DNA of 13,923 nt from Candidatus Eiseniibacteriota bacterium (GCA_043810925.1 JBDRNT010000129.1:1-13923), one strand, 5' to 3'. Positions 6,498 to 13,923 are shown, counted from the stretch's first letter. Program-made: numbers and translations. Notes: generated by a model not told the origin, from the letters alone.

Positions 6498-8987
6498 ATG
6501 TTTGCTTCCTGGTTGTCATCCCTGTTTCTAGCCTGCACTCTGGCAGCGTCGCTTTTGTGGTGCACCCCCGCCTGGGCACAAAAGGCCGGTTCGAGCATGC
6601 AGGGGCAGAAGGAATCCTCTGGTGTCACGAATTGCCGACTGCCCTTTCCATCTACTCAGTGTTATACCATTACTCAGGCAGCCGATGATGGAACCGAGGA
6701 GAATGATGCGACCTGGCACGAGAATGGGTATGCCGAGGGCCTTGATTACTTCGGCAAGACTGCTGATAACACTACCTACACTTTGGGATTACACTTCGAT
6801 TTATTCGACCTGAACCCGGGTGAGACTATCACCTATGCGCGACTCAGGTTCTCTTCCCAGGGCGGTGAGGTCACATCATCTGCCAACCTGAAAATAACGG
6901 GCGAGGATGCCGATAATTCTCCTGCTCTCTCCGACAGCCGTCGCCCTTCACAGATCACTAAGACCGCTGCGGAGGTTGAGTGGGATATTAGCAGAACGTG
7001 GGTTGCACGATCAACGTGGGGCCATACACCCCTCAATTATTACAGCCCCAATGTTGCCGGTATAGTTAATGAGATTGTCGCAATACCTGACTGGGGAACA
7101 GGTCCGGATGGCAAGCACATCGTTCTTTGCGTTGAGGACGATAATTCTGCGCCTCTTAAGGCTAATTATCTGAAATGTGATGACCTAATTGCCACCCCGA
7201 GCGGACATGAGGATCCGGTCGTCTTAGAAATCTACTCTGCCTTAGCTGACGCGTTCATTGGCAAAGAGTTCCTAGGCCGACCTACCGACACCTCTGTTAC
7301 AATCAATTTGATACACTTACTCAATATCGACGTCTATTCGGAGTACGGAACCGAGCCCAGTGATGCGGGATGTTATCGGTATTCCACAACACCTTTGCTG
7401 AATCGGGAGGCCGAAGAGCCGATTGAAATAGTCGTCGACGGTCTGCAGCAGAGCACCCGATATTACTACCGGATTCGCTACCGCCAGGCGGGCTCGGGGA
7501 CTTATCTTGCAGGCGAAGAACGAAGTTTTCATACGCAGCGCCCACCGGGCTCCTCGTTTACCTTCACTGTTCAGTCTGACTCCCATCTCCTTCAAGCGAT
7601 CCACCAGCAAGATACCGATGAACTCAACCTGTATGATCAGACCTTGAACCACATCGCTTCAGATGACCCCGAGTTTCACATCTCTCTGGGAGATTTCGCT
7701 TTTCCAGAAAGCTACGCATGCGGCCACGCGCTGACCCAAGATGACGCGATAGAAAGGTATCTCTATCAGCGACAGCGTCTCGATAGAATCATGCATTCAA
7801 TTCCCTTCTATCTGGTTTTGGGCAACCATGAGGGAGAGCAGGGCTGGCGGTATTTGAATCCCGATGACAGCATCGCGGAATGGGGGACTAAGGCGCGCCT
7901 AAAAGTCATTCCGAATCCGGCCCCCGATGCCTTCTATTCCGGGGACCAGAATGTCACAGAGTGCTGTGGCCTGAGGGAGGACTACTGTGCCTGGGAGTGG
8001 GGCGATGCACTCTGCATAGCTCTGGATCCATTCTGGTATACCACTACCCAACCTTACTCGCGTGACCCGGAGGTAGGAAGCGAGGATGCCTGGGATTGGA
8101 CCCTGGGTGAAAATCAATATGAGTGGTTGTATGACGTCCTCCATAATTCTAATGCCACATGGAAATTCGTCTTCTGCCATCATCTAACCGGCGGTGTTTA
8201 TAGTGGCATTATAAAGACTCCTTATGGTCATGGAGGGATTGAGGCTGCCAAACACAAGGTTGATAGTCTGGGATCCTATGAATGGGGAGGCGAGAACGAA
8301 AGTGGAGTTGACAGATTCGCCGAGAGGCGGCCCGGCTGGAGCCACGGCTCAATTCATGACATGATGGTCGATGAAGAAGTGGATGTATTCTTCCATGGTC
8401 ATGACCATGTCTTCGTGTGTCAAGAATTAGACAATGTTGTCTATCAGGAAGTTCCGAAGCCCAGTGACGCGGATTACTCCAACGGAGTGTACGCAGCTGG
8501 TCAATACAAATACGGGACGGCGTGTAATAACTCTGGCTACCTTCGAGTGAAAGTCAGTCCGGATTCGATTCGTGTTGATTATGTGCGATCGGTTCTACCT
8601 GAAGACGAACCACTATCAGAAAACGGAACATCTGTGTATGATGGGGATGTGTCATACTCATACACAATTCACACAGCGGGTGCGGGAAATGAGATCGTTT
8701 TCTTGAGACATCCGCATCTATTCGGCACCCACCCGAACCCTTTCCGATCGATCACCAACGTGCGTTTCTATCTCCCGGAGAGAGAGCACATAACAATTGC
8801 CGTGTATGACCTTCAAGGTCGGTTGCTCTGCAAAATCCTGGACGGGATTCTATGTGCGGGCACCCATCGGGTGAGCTGGGACGGCACTTCCGACGACACC
8901 GAGATGGTCGTTCCCGGCATCTATTTCTGTCGCCTCGAAACACCTGGCAGACACTCAGAGACACGGAAGATGGTTCTGCTGCAGTGA
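6498..8987 (+). CDS. Large secreted metallophosphoesterase (N-terminal beta-sandwich-like domain, FN3-like domain, calcineurin-like domain, FlgD-Ig/T9SS-like tail), 829 aa
   Basis: GGAGGT RBS (6483-6488) before ATG 6498. Signal peptide ending AWA-Q. Motifs QSDSH, LGD, LGNHEGE, FCHH, FHGHDH. Tail HPNPF...VYDLQGR...WDGT...PGIYFCRL...TRKMVLL. Confidence 0.88.
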   Translation: MFASWLSSLFLACTLAASLLWCTPAWAQKAGSSMQGQKESSGVTNCRLPFPSTQCYTITQAADDGTEENDATWHENGYAEGLDYFGKTADNTTYTLGLHFDLFDLNPGETITYARLRFSSQGGEVTSSANLKITGEDADNSPALSDSRRPSQITKTAAEVEWDISRTWVARSTWGHTPLNYYSPNVAGIVNEIVAIPDWGTGPDGKHIVLCVEDDNSAPLKANYLKCDDLIATPSGHEDPVVLEIYSALADAFIGKEFLGRPTDTSVTINLIHLLNIDVYSEYGTEPSDAGCYRYSTTPLLNREAEEPIEIVVDGLQQSTRYYYRIRYRQAGSGTYLAGEERSFHTQRPPGSSFTFTVQSDSHLLQAIHQQDTDELNLYDQTLNHIASDDPEFHISLGDFAFPESYACGHALTQDDAIERYLYQRQRLDRIMHSIPFYLVLGNHEGEQGWRYLNPDDSIAEWGTKARLKVIPNPAPDAFYSGDQNVTECCGLREDYCAWEWGDALCIALDPFWYTTTQPYSRDPEVGSEDAWDWTLGENQYEWLYDVLHNSNATWKFVFCHHLTGGVYSGIIKTPYGHGGIEAAKHKVDSLGSYEWGGENESGVDRFAERRPGWSHGSIHDMMVDEEVDVFFHGHDHVFVCQELDNVVYQEVPKPSDADYSNGVYAAGQYKYGTACNNSGYLRVKVSPDSIRVDYVRSVLPEDEPLSENGTSVYDGDVSYSYTIHTAGAGNEIVFLRHPHLFGTHPNPFRSITNVRFYLPEREHITIAVYDLQGRLLCKILDGILCAGTHRVSWDGTSDDTEMVVPGIYFCRLETPGRHSETRKMVLLQ

Positions 8988-9003
8988 GATCGCGAGTGGA
9001 CAG

Positions 9004-9023
9004 AGCCCTCCATTTGGAGGGCT
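9004..9023. terminator. Hairpin between the convergent phosphoesterase gene and tRNA-Gln (possible bidirectional terminator or processing stem)
   Basis: AGCCCTCC-ATTT-GGAGGGCT forms a perfect 8-bp stem, but there is no clear U-tract on either side. Confidence 0.5.
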
Positions 9024-9040
9024 ATCCTTCAGGAGCTGGG
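9006..9040. repeat. Imperfect direct repeat, copy B (overlaps the last 5 nt of tRNA-Gln)
   Basis: 31/35 identity with 6160-6194. Confidence 0.85.
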
Positions 9041-9106
9041 GCGGGAGGATTTGAACCCCCACAGGCAGATCCAGAGTCTGCTGTCCTACCATTAGACGAC
9101 GCCCCA
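9036..9106 (-). tRNA. tRNA-Gln (anticodon CUG), CCA not encoded
   Basis: Reverse complement TGGGGCG-TCGTCTAATGGTAGGAC-A-GCAGA-CTCTGGA-TCTGC-CTGT-GGGGG-TTCAAAT-CCTCC-CGCCCCA-G folds into a full cloverleaf with a U1-A72 pair and discriminator G. Confidence 0.97.
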
Positions 9107-9130
9107 ACTACAGTTATTTGAGGTGATTTT

Positions 9131-9159
9131 AATATATGTGGCGAGGGAAGTGGTGTCAA
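9131..9159 (-). promoter_or_regulatory. sigma70 promoter of tRNA-Gln
   Basis: On the minus strand: TTGACA (9159-9154), 17-nt spacer, TATATT (9136-9131), about 25 nt upstream of the tRNA 5' end. Confidence 0.8.
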
Positions 9160-9191
9160 GTATAAGGGGAGTTAAAGGGTTGGCACCGACG

Positions 9192-9225
9192 GGGGTCAGA
9201 CACACCCTTCGGGGTGTCAGACCCC
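9192..9225. terminator. Stem-loop overlapping the gltX stop codon
   Basis: ACACCC-TTCG-GGGTGT (9202-9217) enclosed by GGGGTC (9192-9197) / GACCCC (9220-9225); no U-tract. Confidence 0.4.
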
Positions 9226-10689
9226 ACTAGCCAAAGTCTTTCGGGCGGTTTCGAGGCGGTGTAGGGTTTTCTCTTTACCGAGGAGTGTCATCACGTCGAA
9301 GAGACCGGGGCTGTGGCGTGAGCCGGTAAGTGCGATCCTCACGGGCTGAAAGAGATCACGCGCCTTAAGACCCATCTCTGAGACGAGTCCTCTCATCACC
9401 GGGTCTATCGCCGTCTCGTCGAACTCCTTCAATGCACGAAGCCGCTCCTCGAGTATCTTAAAGGCAGGACCAACGTAATGTGGTTTGAGGAACTTCTCGG
9501 CTGCAGCAGGATCATACTCGATCTCATCCTTGAAGAAGAAGCCCGCGAGGTCGACGATTTGCTCACCAACCTTGAGCCTCTCCCCTACCACCTCAACTAC
9601 CTTCCCGACATAGAATCGCGTGTCATCATCGAGTGGAGACTTGACCAGGCCCGCCTTCTCAAGATGGGGCACCACGAGACCGACCCTGTCACCAACCGAT
9701 CGCAGCTTCATATACTCGCCGTTCATCCATTGCAGCTTGGGATAGTCAAAAACGGCAGGTGTGGAGCTAACCTTATCAAGTGAGAACTTCTTCTTCAGAT
9801 CTTCAACCGTAAAGAGATCAGTCGCACCATCGTAGGCCCAGCCAAGGAGTGCCAGGTAGTTGATCAGGGCCTCGGGCAGGTAGCCGTCCTGTCTGAACTG
9901 ACCAATCGATGTGGCTCCGTGCCGTTTGCTGAGCCTCCCCTTATCCGGGCCCATTATCATGGGCACGTGCGCGAACGACGGCAGGTCCACACCAAGGGCC
10001 TCATAGAGTACGATCTGCTTGGGTGTGTTCGAGAGGTGATCATCGCCTCGTATCACGTGGGTGATCTTCATCAGCGCATCATCCACGACCGCAGCAAAGT
10101 TATAGGTCGGAAAGCCGTCGGACTTCATGATCACGAAATCATCAAGGGTTGTATTGCTGAAGGTCACATCCCCTTTGACGAGATCGTGAACACCGGTCTC
10201 GCCGCCAAGCGGAGTCTTGAATCTCATGACATGGGGCTTGCCCTCAGCACGGAGCCGCTCGACCTCCTCGGGTGAAAGATCCCTGCAGCGTCTATCATAC
10301 TTGATGTCTTTGCCCTGGTTCTTAAGCTCCTCTCGCCTCTGAGCAAGCTCCTCAGGCGAACAGAAACAGACATAGGCTTTGCCTTCGGAGCGAAGCCGTT
10401 CCGACCATTCCCTGTATAGGTCCTTCCGTTCCGACTGGAGGTAAGGACCATAATCGCCACCGATAGCCGGACCCTCATCCCAGTCAAGCCCGAGCCATTT
10501 CATTGCATCGAGGACGCTCTCATAAGATTCCTCTGTCGATCTCTCGACATCGGTATCTTCAATTCGAAGCACAAACGTGCCGCCCTTGTTCCGGGCAAAG
10601 AGCCAGTTAAAGAGCGCCGTCCTTGCCCCCCCAACATGGAGATGTCCCGTCGGACTCGGTGCAAATCTAACCCTAACCTGAGAGATCAT
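9217..10689 (-). CDS. gltX: Glutamate--tRNA ligase, 490 aa
   Basis: VRVRFAPSPTGHLHVGGARTALFNWL (HIGH motif), LRIEDTD, ITHVIRGDDH, RLSKR (KMSKS motif), C-terminal anticodon-binding domain (PVRIALTG...SPGLF). The true start is ATG 10689, 8 nt after the rnr stop. Confidence 0.97.
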   Translation of the reverse strand: MISQVRVRFAPSPTGHLHVGGARTALFNWLFARNKGGTFVLRIEDTDVERSTEESYESVLDAMKWLGLDWDEGPAIGGDYGPYLQSERKDLYREWSERLRSEGKAYVCFCSPEELAQRREELKNQGKDIKYDRRCRDLSPEEVERLRAEGKPHVMRFKTPLGGETGVHDLVKGDVTFSNTTLDDFVIMKSDGFPTYNFAAVVDDALMKITHVIRGDDHLSNTPKQIVLYEALGVDLPSFAHVPMIMGPDKGRLSKRHGATSIGQFRQDGYLPEALINYLALLGWAYDGATDLFTVEDLKKKFSLDKVSSTPAVFDYPKLQWMNGEYMKLRSVGDRVGLVVPHLEKAGLVKSPLDDDTRFYVGKVVEVVGERLKVGEQIVDLAGFFFKDEIEYDPAAAEKFLKPHYVGPAFKILEERLRALKEFDETAIDPVMRGLVSEMGLKARDLFQPVRIALTGSRHSPGLFDVMTLLGKEKTLHRLETARKTLASGV

Positions 10690-10696
10690 GGCGAAC

Positions 10697-13012
10697 TTAC
10701 CTTCCCAGCGGCCGGGTCCGTTTTCGCCTGAGCGAACTCGTGACCTTCTTTGTCTTCTGGGGCCTTCTTCTCCCCGGACTTCCCCGTCGTCTTCCGGGTG
10801 ACTGGGCTCGCCTGGCCGCTTCCTGGATCGCACCATAGAGCCTTCGTTTTCCGGCACGCCCTTCAGGTCCGACATCACCGGCCCGCCGCTCGTCGCTCTC
10901 GTCCCTTGAGATAATGACGAAGTCCACTTCCCTGCGCTCCCTGTCCACCCGCGCCACACTGACCAGCACCTTATCCCCGATTCGATAGTAGCGACCAGTA
11001 CGGGAGCCTATCAGCATTGTACCTGTTGAATCGGGCGTGTAGTAGTCGTTCTGGAGTGTCGACACGTGGACGAGGCCCTCAACGAGGTTCTTCTCGAGCA
11101 TAACAAACAAGCCGAAATCCTTAACCCCTGATATGATCCCCCAGTGCTCTTCCCCGACCTTCTGCTCCATGAACTCGGCCATGCGGGCCTTGATCGAAGC
11201 ACGTTCGGCATTGTCACCTTCCATCTCCCGCATCGATGAGATCTCAGCAGCCTGCCGGATGAACTTGAGGAGTCTGGTCTTGTCCCTGGGTGACGATCCG
11301 TGGAGACCGAAGATCTTGAGCAACCTGTGCACAACAAGGTCGGGATATCGTCTTATCGGTGATGTGAAATGTGTGTAGCACTGGCTGGCAAGTCCGAAGT
11401 GACCGACGTTGCGCTCTGAGTAAATTGCTTTCCTGAGACTACGCAGAATGAACATTGAGATTATGTACTCTTCGGGTCTACCTGTTGCCTTATTGAGAAG
11501 TGCCTGCAATGCCTTGGGCGAAGTTCCCTTGGTCCACCTGAACCTGTAGCCAAGTGTGGCCGAGAACACCGCAAGGTCCTTCATGTCCTTCTCATCAGGC
11601 ACTTCGTGGATACGATACATGAACAGCCGTCCAAGGTAGGACATGTGTTTTGCGATGGTTTCGTTGGCGAGAATCATCAGCTCTTCGATAAGATTGTGGG
11701 AGTCCAAGTGCACTGCGGGTTTGACATCAACGGCGCTACCGTGCTTATCAAGGACGATATTGACTTCGGGGGTCTCGAGCTCCATTGCCCCGCGTTTGAC
11801 CCTCCGGCCTTTGAGGATCTTACGGAGCTCGTCAGCCTTCCTAAGAGATTCGGTTATCTGCTTGGCCTGCTTTCTGGCCCTCCAACCGGCACCTTTATCG
11901 ATAAGCTTCTGAGCTTCAGCATAGGTGAGTCTCGCCCGGCTCCGTATCACGCTCTCCTTTATGACGTAGGAGCTGACATCGCCCCGCCGGCTCACATCCA
12001 TCATCACGCTCACAGTAAGTCTCGGAACATCGGGCTTGAGTGAGGCAAGCTCACCGGAGAGTTTTGCCGGGAGCATCGGGATCACACGGTCCACCAGATA
12101 TACACTCCGGCCCCTGGCCATTGCCTCATGATCCAGATGAGAACCCTGCCTGACATAGTGACTCACATCAGCGATATGCACACCGACCCGGAGCCGTCCC
12201 TTTCCAAGATCCTCGACAGAGATGGCATCGTCGAAGTCCTTGGCATCCTCAGGATCGATCGTGAAAGTGAGAAGCTCCGTGAAATCCGTCCGGCGCTTTA
12301 TCTCGGTCTCGGGGATGGTATCGGGGATACGGTCGACCTCGCGCACGACTTCCTTCGGAAAACCCAGCGGAAGATTGAATTCCTTAACGATGCTCGCAAA
12401 GGCCTCACCCGGAGTAAATCTGCCGCCGAAGACCTCGGTAATCCTCCCTCTTGTGCACTCATGGGGTTCACCCCATTTCTTTACGCTCACCAAGACGTAG
12501 TCGCCAGGCTTTACTGAGGAGTGCCCTTCAACCGCTACGCTCTTATGCCGGTGACTCTGGTCGACGTTGACGAGCCTGCCTTGCCTGCGGGCCGAGATCT
12601 GACCGATGACGTCGGAGGGCGCGCGCTCGAGAATCTTAACGACCTGGGCTTCTCGGTCACCTGTGCGTCCGCGTATCGTGCGGGCAAGTACCCCATCACC
12701 GTGGTGCGCACCGTTAAGGCTATCACTGGCTACTCTCAAGCGTGGAGATCCATCCGAGGGAACGAGCACGCCGACGTTCTTGCCATAGCCGAAGAGTGTG
12801 CCCTTAAGGTAACCCGCTTCATCGGGCAGTTGATAACGCCTGCGCCTGCCGCATATGATACGGCCTTCGGATTCGAGCTCGGTGAGGAGTGATCTTAGGG
12901 ATTCGAGTTCCCTGGAGCCGGCCCTCAGACTATCAGCGATGTCTTTGGTCTTGAGACCCTGGGAGCCAGCCTTCTTCAATGTGGATAGGATGGACTCTCT
13001 ATTGATTTCCAC
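10697..13012 (-). CDS. rnr: Ribonuclease R
   Basis: N-terminal HTH and cold-shock domains, RNB motifs TIDPEDAKDFDDA, LIEELMILAN and YTHFTSPIRRYPDLVVHR, an S1 domain (EGLVHVS), and a basic Arg/Lys-rich tail. GTG start. Confidence 0.95.
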   Translation of the reverse strand: MEINRESILSTLKKAGSQGLKTKDIADSLRAGSRELESLRSLLTELESEGRIICGRRRRYQLPDEAGYLKGTLFGYGKNVGVLVPSDGSPRLRVASDSLNGAHHGDGVLARTIRGRTGDREAQVVKILERAPSDVIGQISARRQGRLVNVDQSHRHKSVAVEGHSSVKPGDYVLVSVKKWGEPHECTRGRITEVFGGRFTPGEAFASIVKEFNLPLGFPKEVVREVDRIPDTIPETEIKRRTDFTELLTFTIDPEDAKDFDDAISVEDLGKGRLRVGVHIADVSHYVRQGSHLDHEAMARGRSVYLVDRVIPMLPAKLSGELASLKPDVPRLTVSVMMDVSRRGDVSSYVIKESVIRSRARLTYAEAQKLIDKGAGWRARKQAKQITESLRKADELRKILKGRRVKRGAMELETPEVNIVLDKHGSAVDVKPAVHLDSHNLIEELMILANETIAKHMSYLGRLFMYRIHEVPDEKDMKDLAVFSATLGYRFRWTKGTSPKALQALLNKATGRPEEYIISMFILRSLRKAIYSERNVGHFGLASQCYTHFTSPIRRYPDLVVHRLLKIFGLHGSSPRDKTRLLKFIRQAAEISSMREMEGDNAERASIKARMAEFMEQKVGEEHWGIISGVKDFGLFVMLEKNLVEGLVHVSTLQNDYYTPDSTGTMLIGSRTGRYYRIGDKVLVSVARVDRERREVDFVIISRDESDERRAGDVGPEGRAGKRRLYGAIQEAARRAQSPGRRRGSPGRRRPQKTKKVTSSLRRKRTRPLGR

Positions 13013-13021
13013 TTAATCAGA

Positions 13022-13117
13022 TCATCTCTTCTTCTTTTTGTGCCGGTCTCTGCGCAGTCGCTTCTTACGCTTGTGCGTTTTGATCTTGCTTTTCTTTTTC
13101 TTCTTCCCGCAAGGCAC
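13022..13117 (-). CDS. Small basic protein, 30S ribosomal protein bS22-like (AURKAIP1/COX24 domain), 31 aa; absent from the ORF track
   Basis: GTG 13117 to TGA 13022 encodes MPCGKKKKKSKIKTHKRKKRLRRDRHKKKKR, matching the MPxGKKRK...THKRKKRLRKNRHKKK pattern. GGGGG RBS upstream; it fills the hup-rnr gap. Confidence 0.88.
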   Translation of the reverse strand: MPCGKKKKKSKIKTHKRKKRLRRDRHKKKKR

Positions 13118-13164
13118 CTATTCTACCCCCAATCAAGTGCTATGGGATGTATATACTACAAGTG

Positions 13165-13443
13165 TCAGGCGGAATCAACCAGTTTGATCAACTCCCGTGA
13201 AGCTTTGAAGAACGGAACGACCTTCTCGGGAACATCAACCCGTTCTCCCGTCCTCGGATTCCTGGCAATTCGCGCCTTTCTCGTCTTGACCTTGAAACTG
13301 CCAAAGCCTCTCATCTCTATATGTTCTTTGTCGGTGAGAGCCTTTGAAATCGTATCCAGCAGGAGGTCCACTACGACTCCCACATCCCTTTTGGTGAGCC
13401 CGGTCGCCTCCGCCACTTGCTCGACCAGATCAGCCTTGGTCAT
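13165..13443 (-). CDS. hup: HU/IHF family DNA-binding protein
   Basis: MTKADLVEQVA...IEMRGFGSFKVK.RKAR.ARNPRTGE.V.VP...VPFFKAS.EL; AAAGGGG RBS. HU versus IHF-beta is not resolved. Confidence 0.9.
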   Translation of the reverse strand: MTKADLVEQVAEATGLTKRDVGVVVDLLLDTISKALTDKEHIEMRGFGSFKVKTRKARIARNPRTGERVDVPEKVVPFFKASRELIKLVDSA

Positions 13444-13469
13444 CGTTGTCCCCCTTTCCTATTGCTTTC

Positions 13470-13697
13470 CTAGCCGCAGGTGCTGCAATTCTTGGTTGAA
13501 CAGGTGGTACAGACACCTGATGTCGCACCGGCCCGGTTACCCCCGGAGCCCGACGACCCCACACTAAAGCAGGAAAGCAACTTCGTGACCTTCCTGGATG
13601 AGCAGGAAGGACACTTGATTGTCTCTCTCCTACCACTCAGAACCAGAAGCTCAAAGGTCTTATTGCACTTACAACATTCATATTCAAATATGGGCAA
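13470..13697 (-). CDS. FmdB-family zinc ribbon protein, 75 aa
   Basis: TTG start after a GGAGGT RBS: MPIFEYECCKCNKTFE...CPSCSS..V.KLLS, with a C-terminal CxxC...CxxC. Confidence 0.85.
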   Translation of the reverse strand: MPIFEYECCKCNKTFELLVLSGRRETIKCPSCSSRKVTKLLSCFSVGSSGSGGNRAGATSGVCTTCSTKNCSTCG

Positions 13698-13727
13698 GGT
13701 AATACCTCCTACCGCTTTGCCCACAAT

Positions 13728-13757
13728 AAGTTAGCAAAACGGCCGGAGGCTTGTCAA
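13728..13757 (-). promoter_or_regulatory. Putative sigma70 promoter for the fmdB-like/hup/bS22/rnr/gltX run
   Basis: On the minus strand: TTGACA (13757-13752), 18-nt spacer, TAACTT (13733-13728) with an extended -10 TG. Confidence 0.55.
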
Positions 13758-13923
13758 AGGAAATCTTTGGAGTGGTGCTAGTTAGTTCCCATCCCAAAAC
13801 CCCCGATTTTCGCCAGCGTGATCGCGTGACAATGTAAACCATCCACCAACAGTGGGAGATTCCCGAGGCTCATCTCGTGATTGGGGGTCCATTGCGATGT
13901 TACGCGGCACTACAGGGAGGTCT

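Larger units (their letters stand above)
6160..9040. mobile_element. Integrase-less genomic islet or remnant at the 3' end of tRNA-Gln
   Basis: Bounded by 35-bp imperfect direct repeats, one of which overlaps the tRNA 3' end. Carries a single intact cargo gene oriented opposite to its neighbours, plus gene remnants. Confidence 0.55.

Noticed and set aside
10690..10959. 90-aa N-terminal extension of gltX in the ORF track
   Set aside because: It overlaps the rnr 3' end in another frame; GluRS homology begins at MISQVRVRF (ATG 10689), just after the rnr stop.
13150..13178. Internal promoter for bS22/rnr (TTGATT-17-TATATA on the minus strand)
   Set aside because: The -10 lacks the conserved final T and the match is too weak to support from sequence alone.
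13760..13923. Possible ncRNA or gene start at the right edge
   Set aside because: No recognisable motif or stable structure; the region is truncated by the window (GGGAGG near the end may be the RBS of a gene beyond it).

Overview
A bacterial chromosomal window, probably from an FCB-related candidate lineage (inferred from three proteins with FlgD-Ig/T9SS-like C-terminal tails and a Bacteroidota-type bS22). The right part (9036-13760, minus strand) is a housekeeping run: FmdB-type zinc ribbon, HU, an unlisted 31-aa bS22-like ribosomal protein, RNase R, gltX, and tRNA-Gln(CUG) with its own sigma70 promoter. The left part (1-9035), downstream of the tRNA, looks accessory. It holds the 3' end of a group II intron (DV plus an unusually long DVI), two secreted purple-acid-phosphatase-like metallophosphoesterases, an ornithine aminotransferase, an LA_2272-like repeat protein, and a secreted CARDB/beta-helix protein interrupted by one in-frame TAG. 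The most notable structure is a 35-bp imperfect direct repeat (6160-6194 / 9006-9040) covering the tRNA 3' tip and its downstream hairpin. It brackets a ~2.8-kb integrase-less islet containing a possible integrase C-terminal/attP remnant, a near-consensus promoter, a decayed copy of a neighbouring gene's signal peptide and one phosphoesterase gene.
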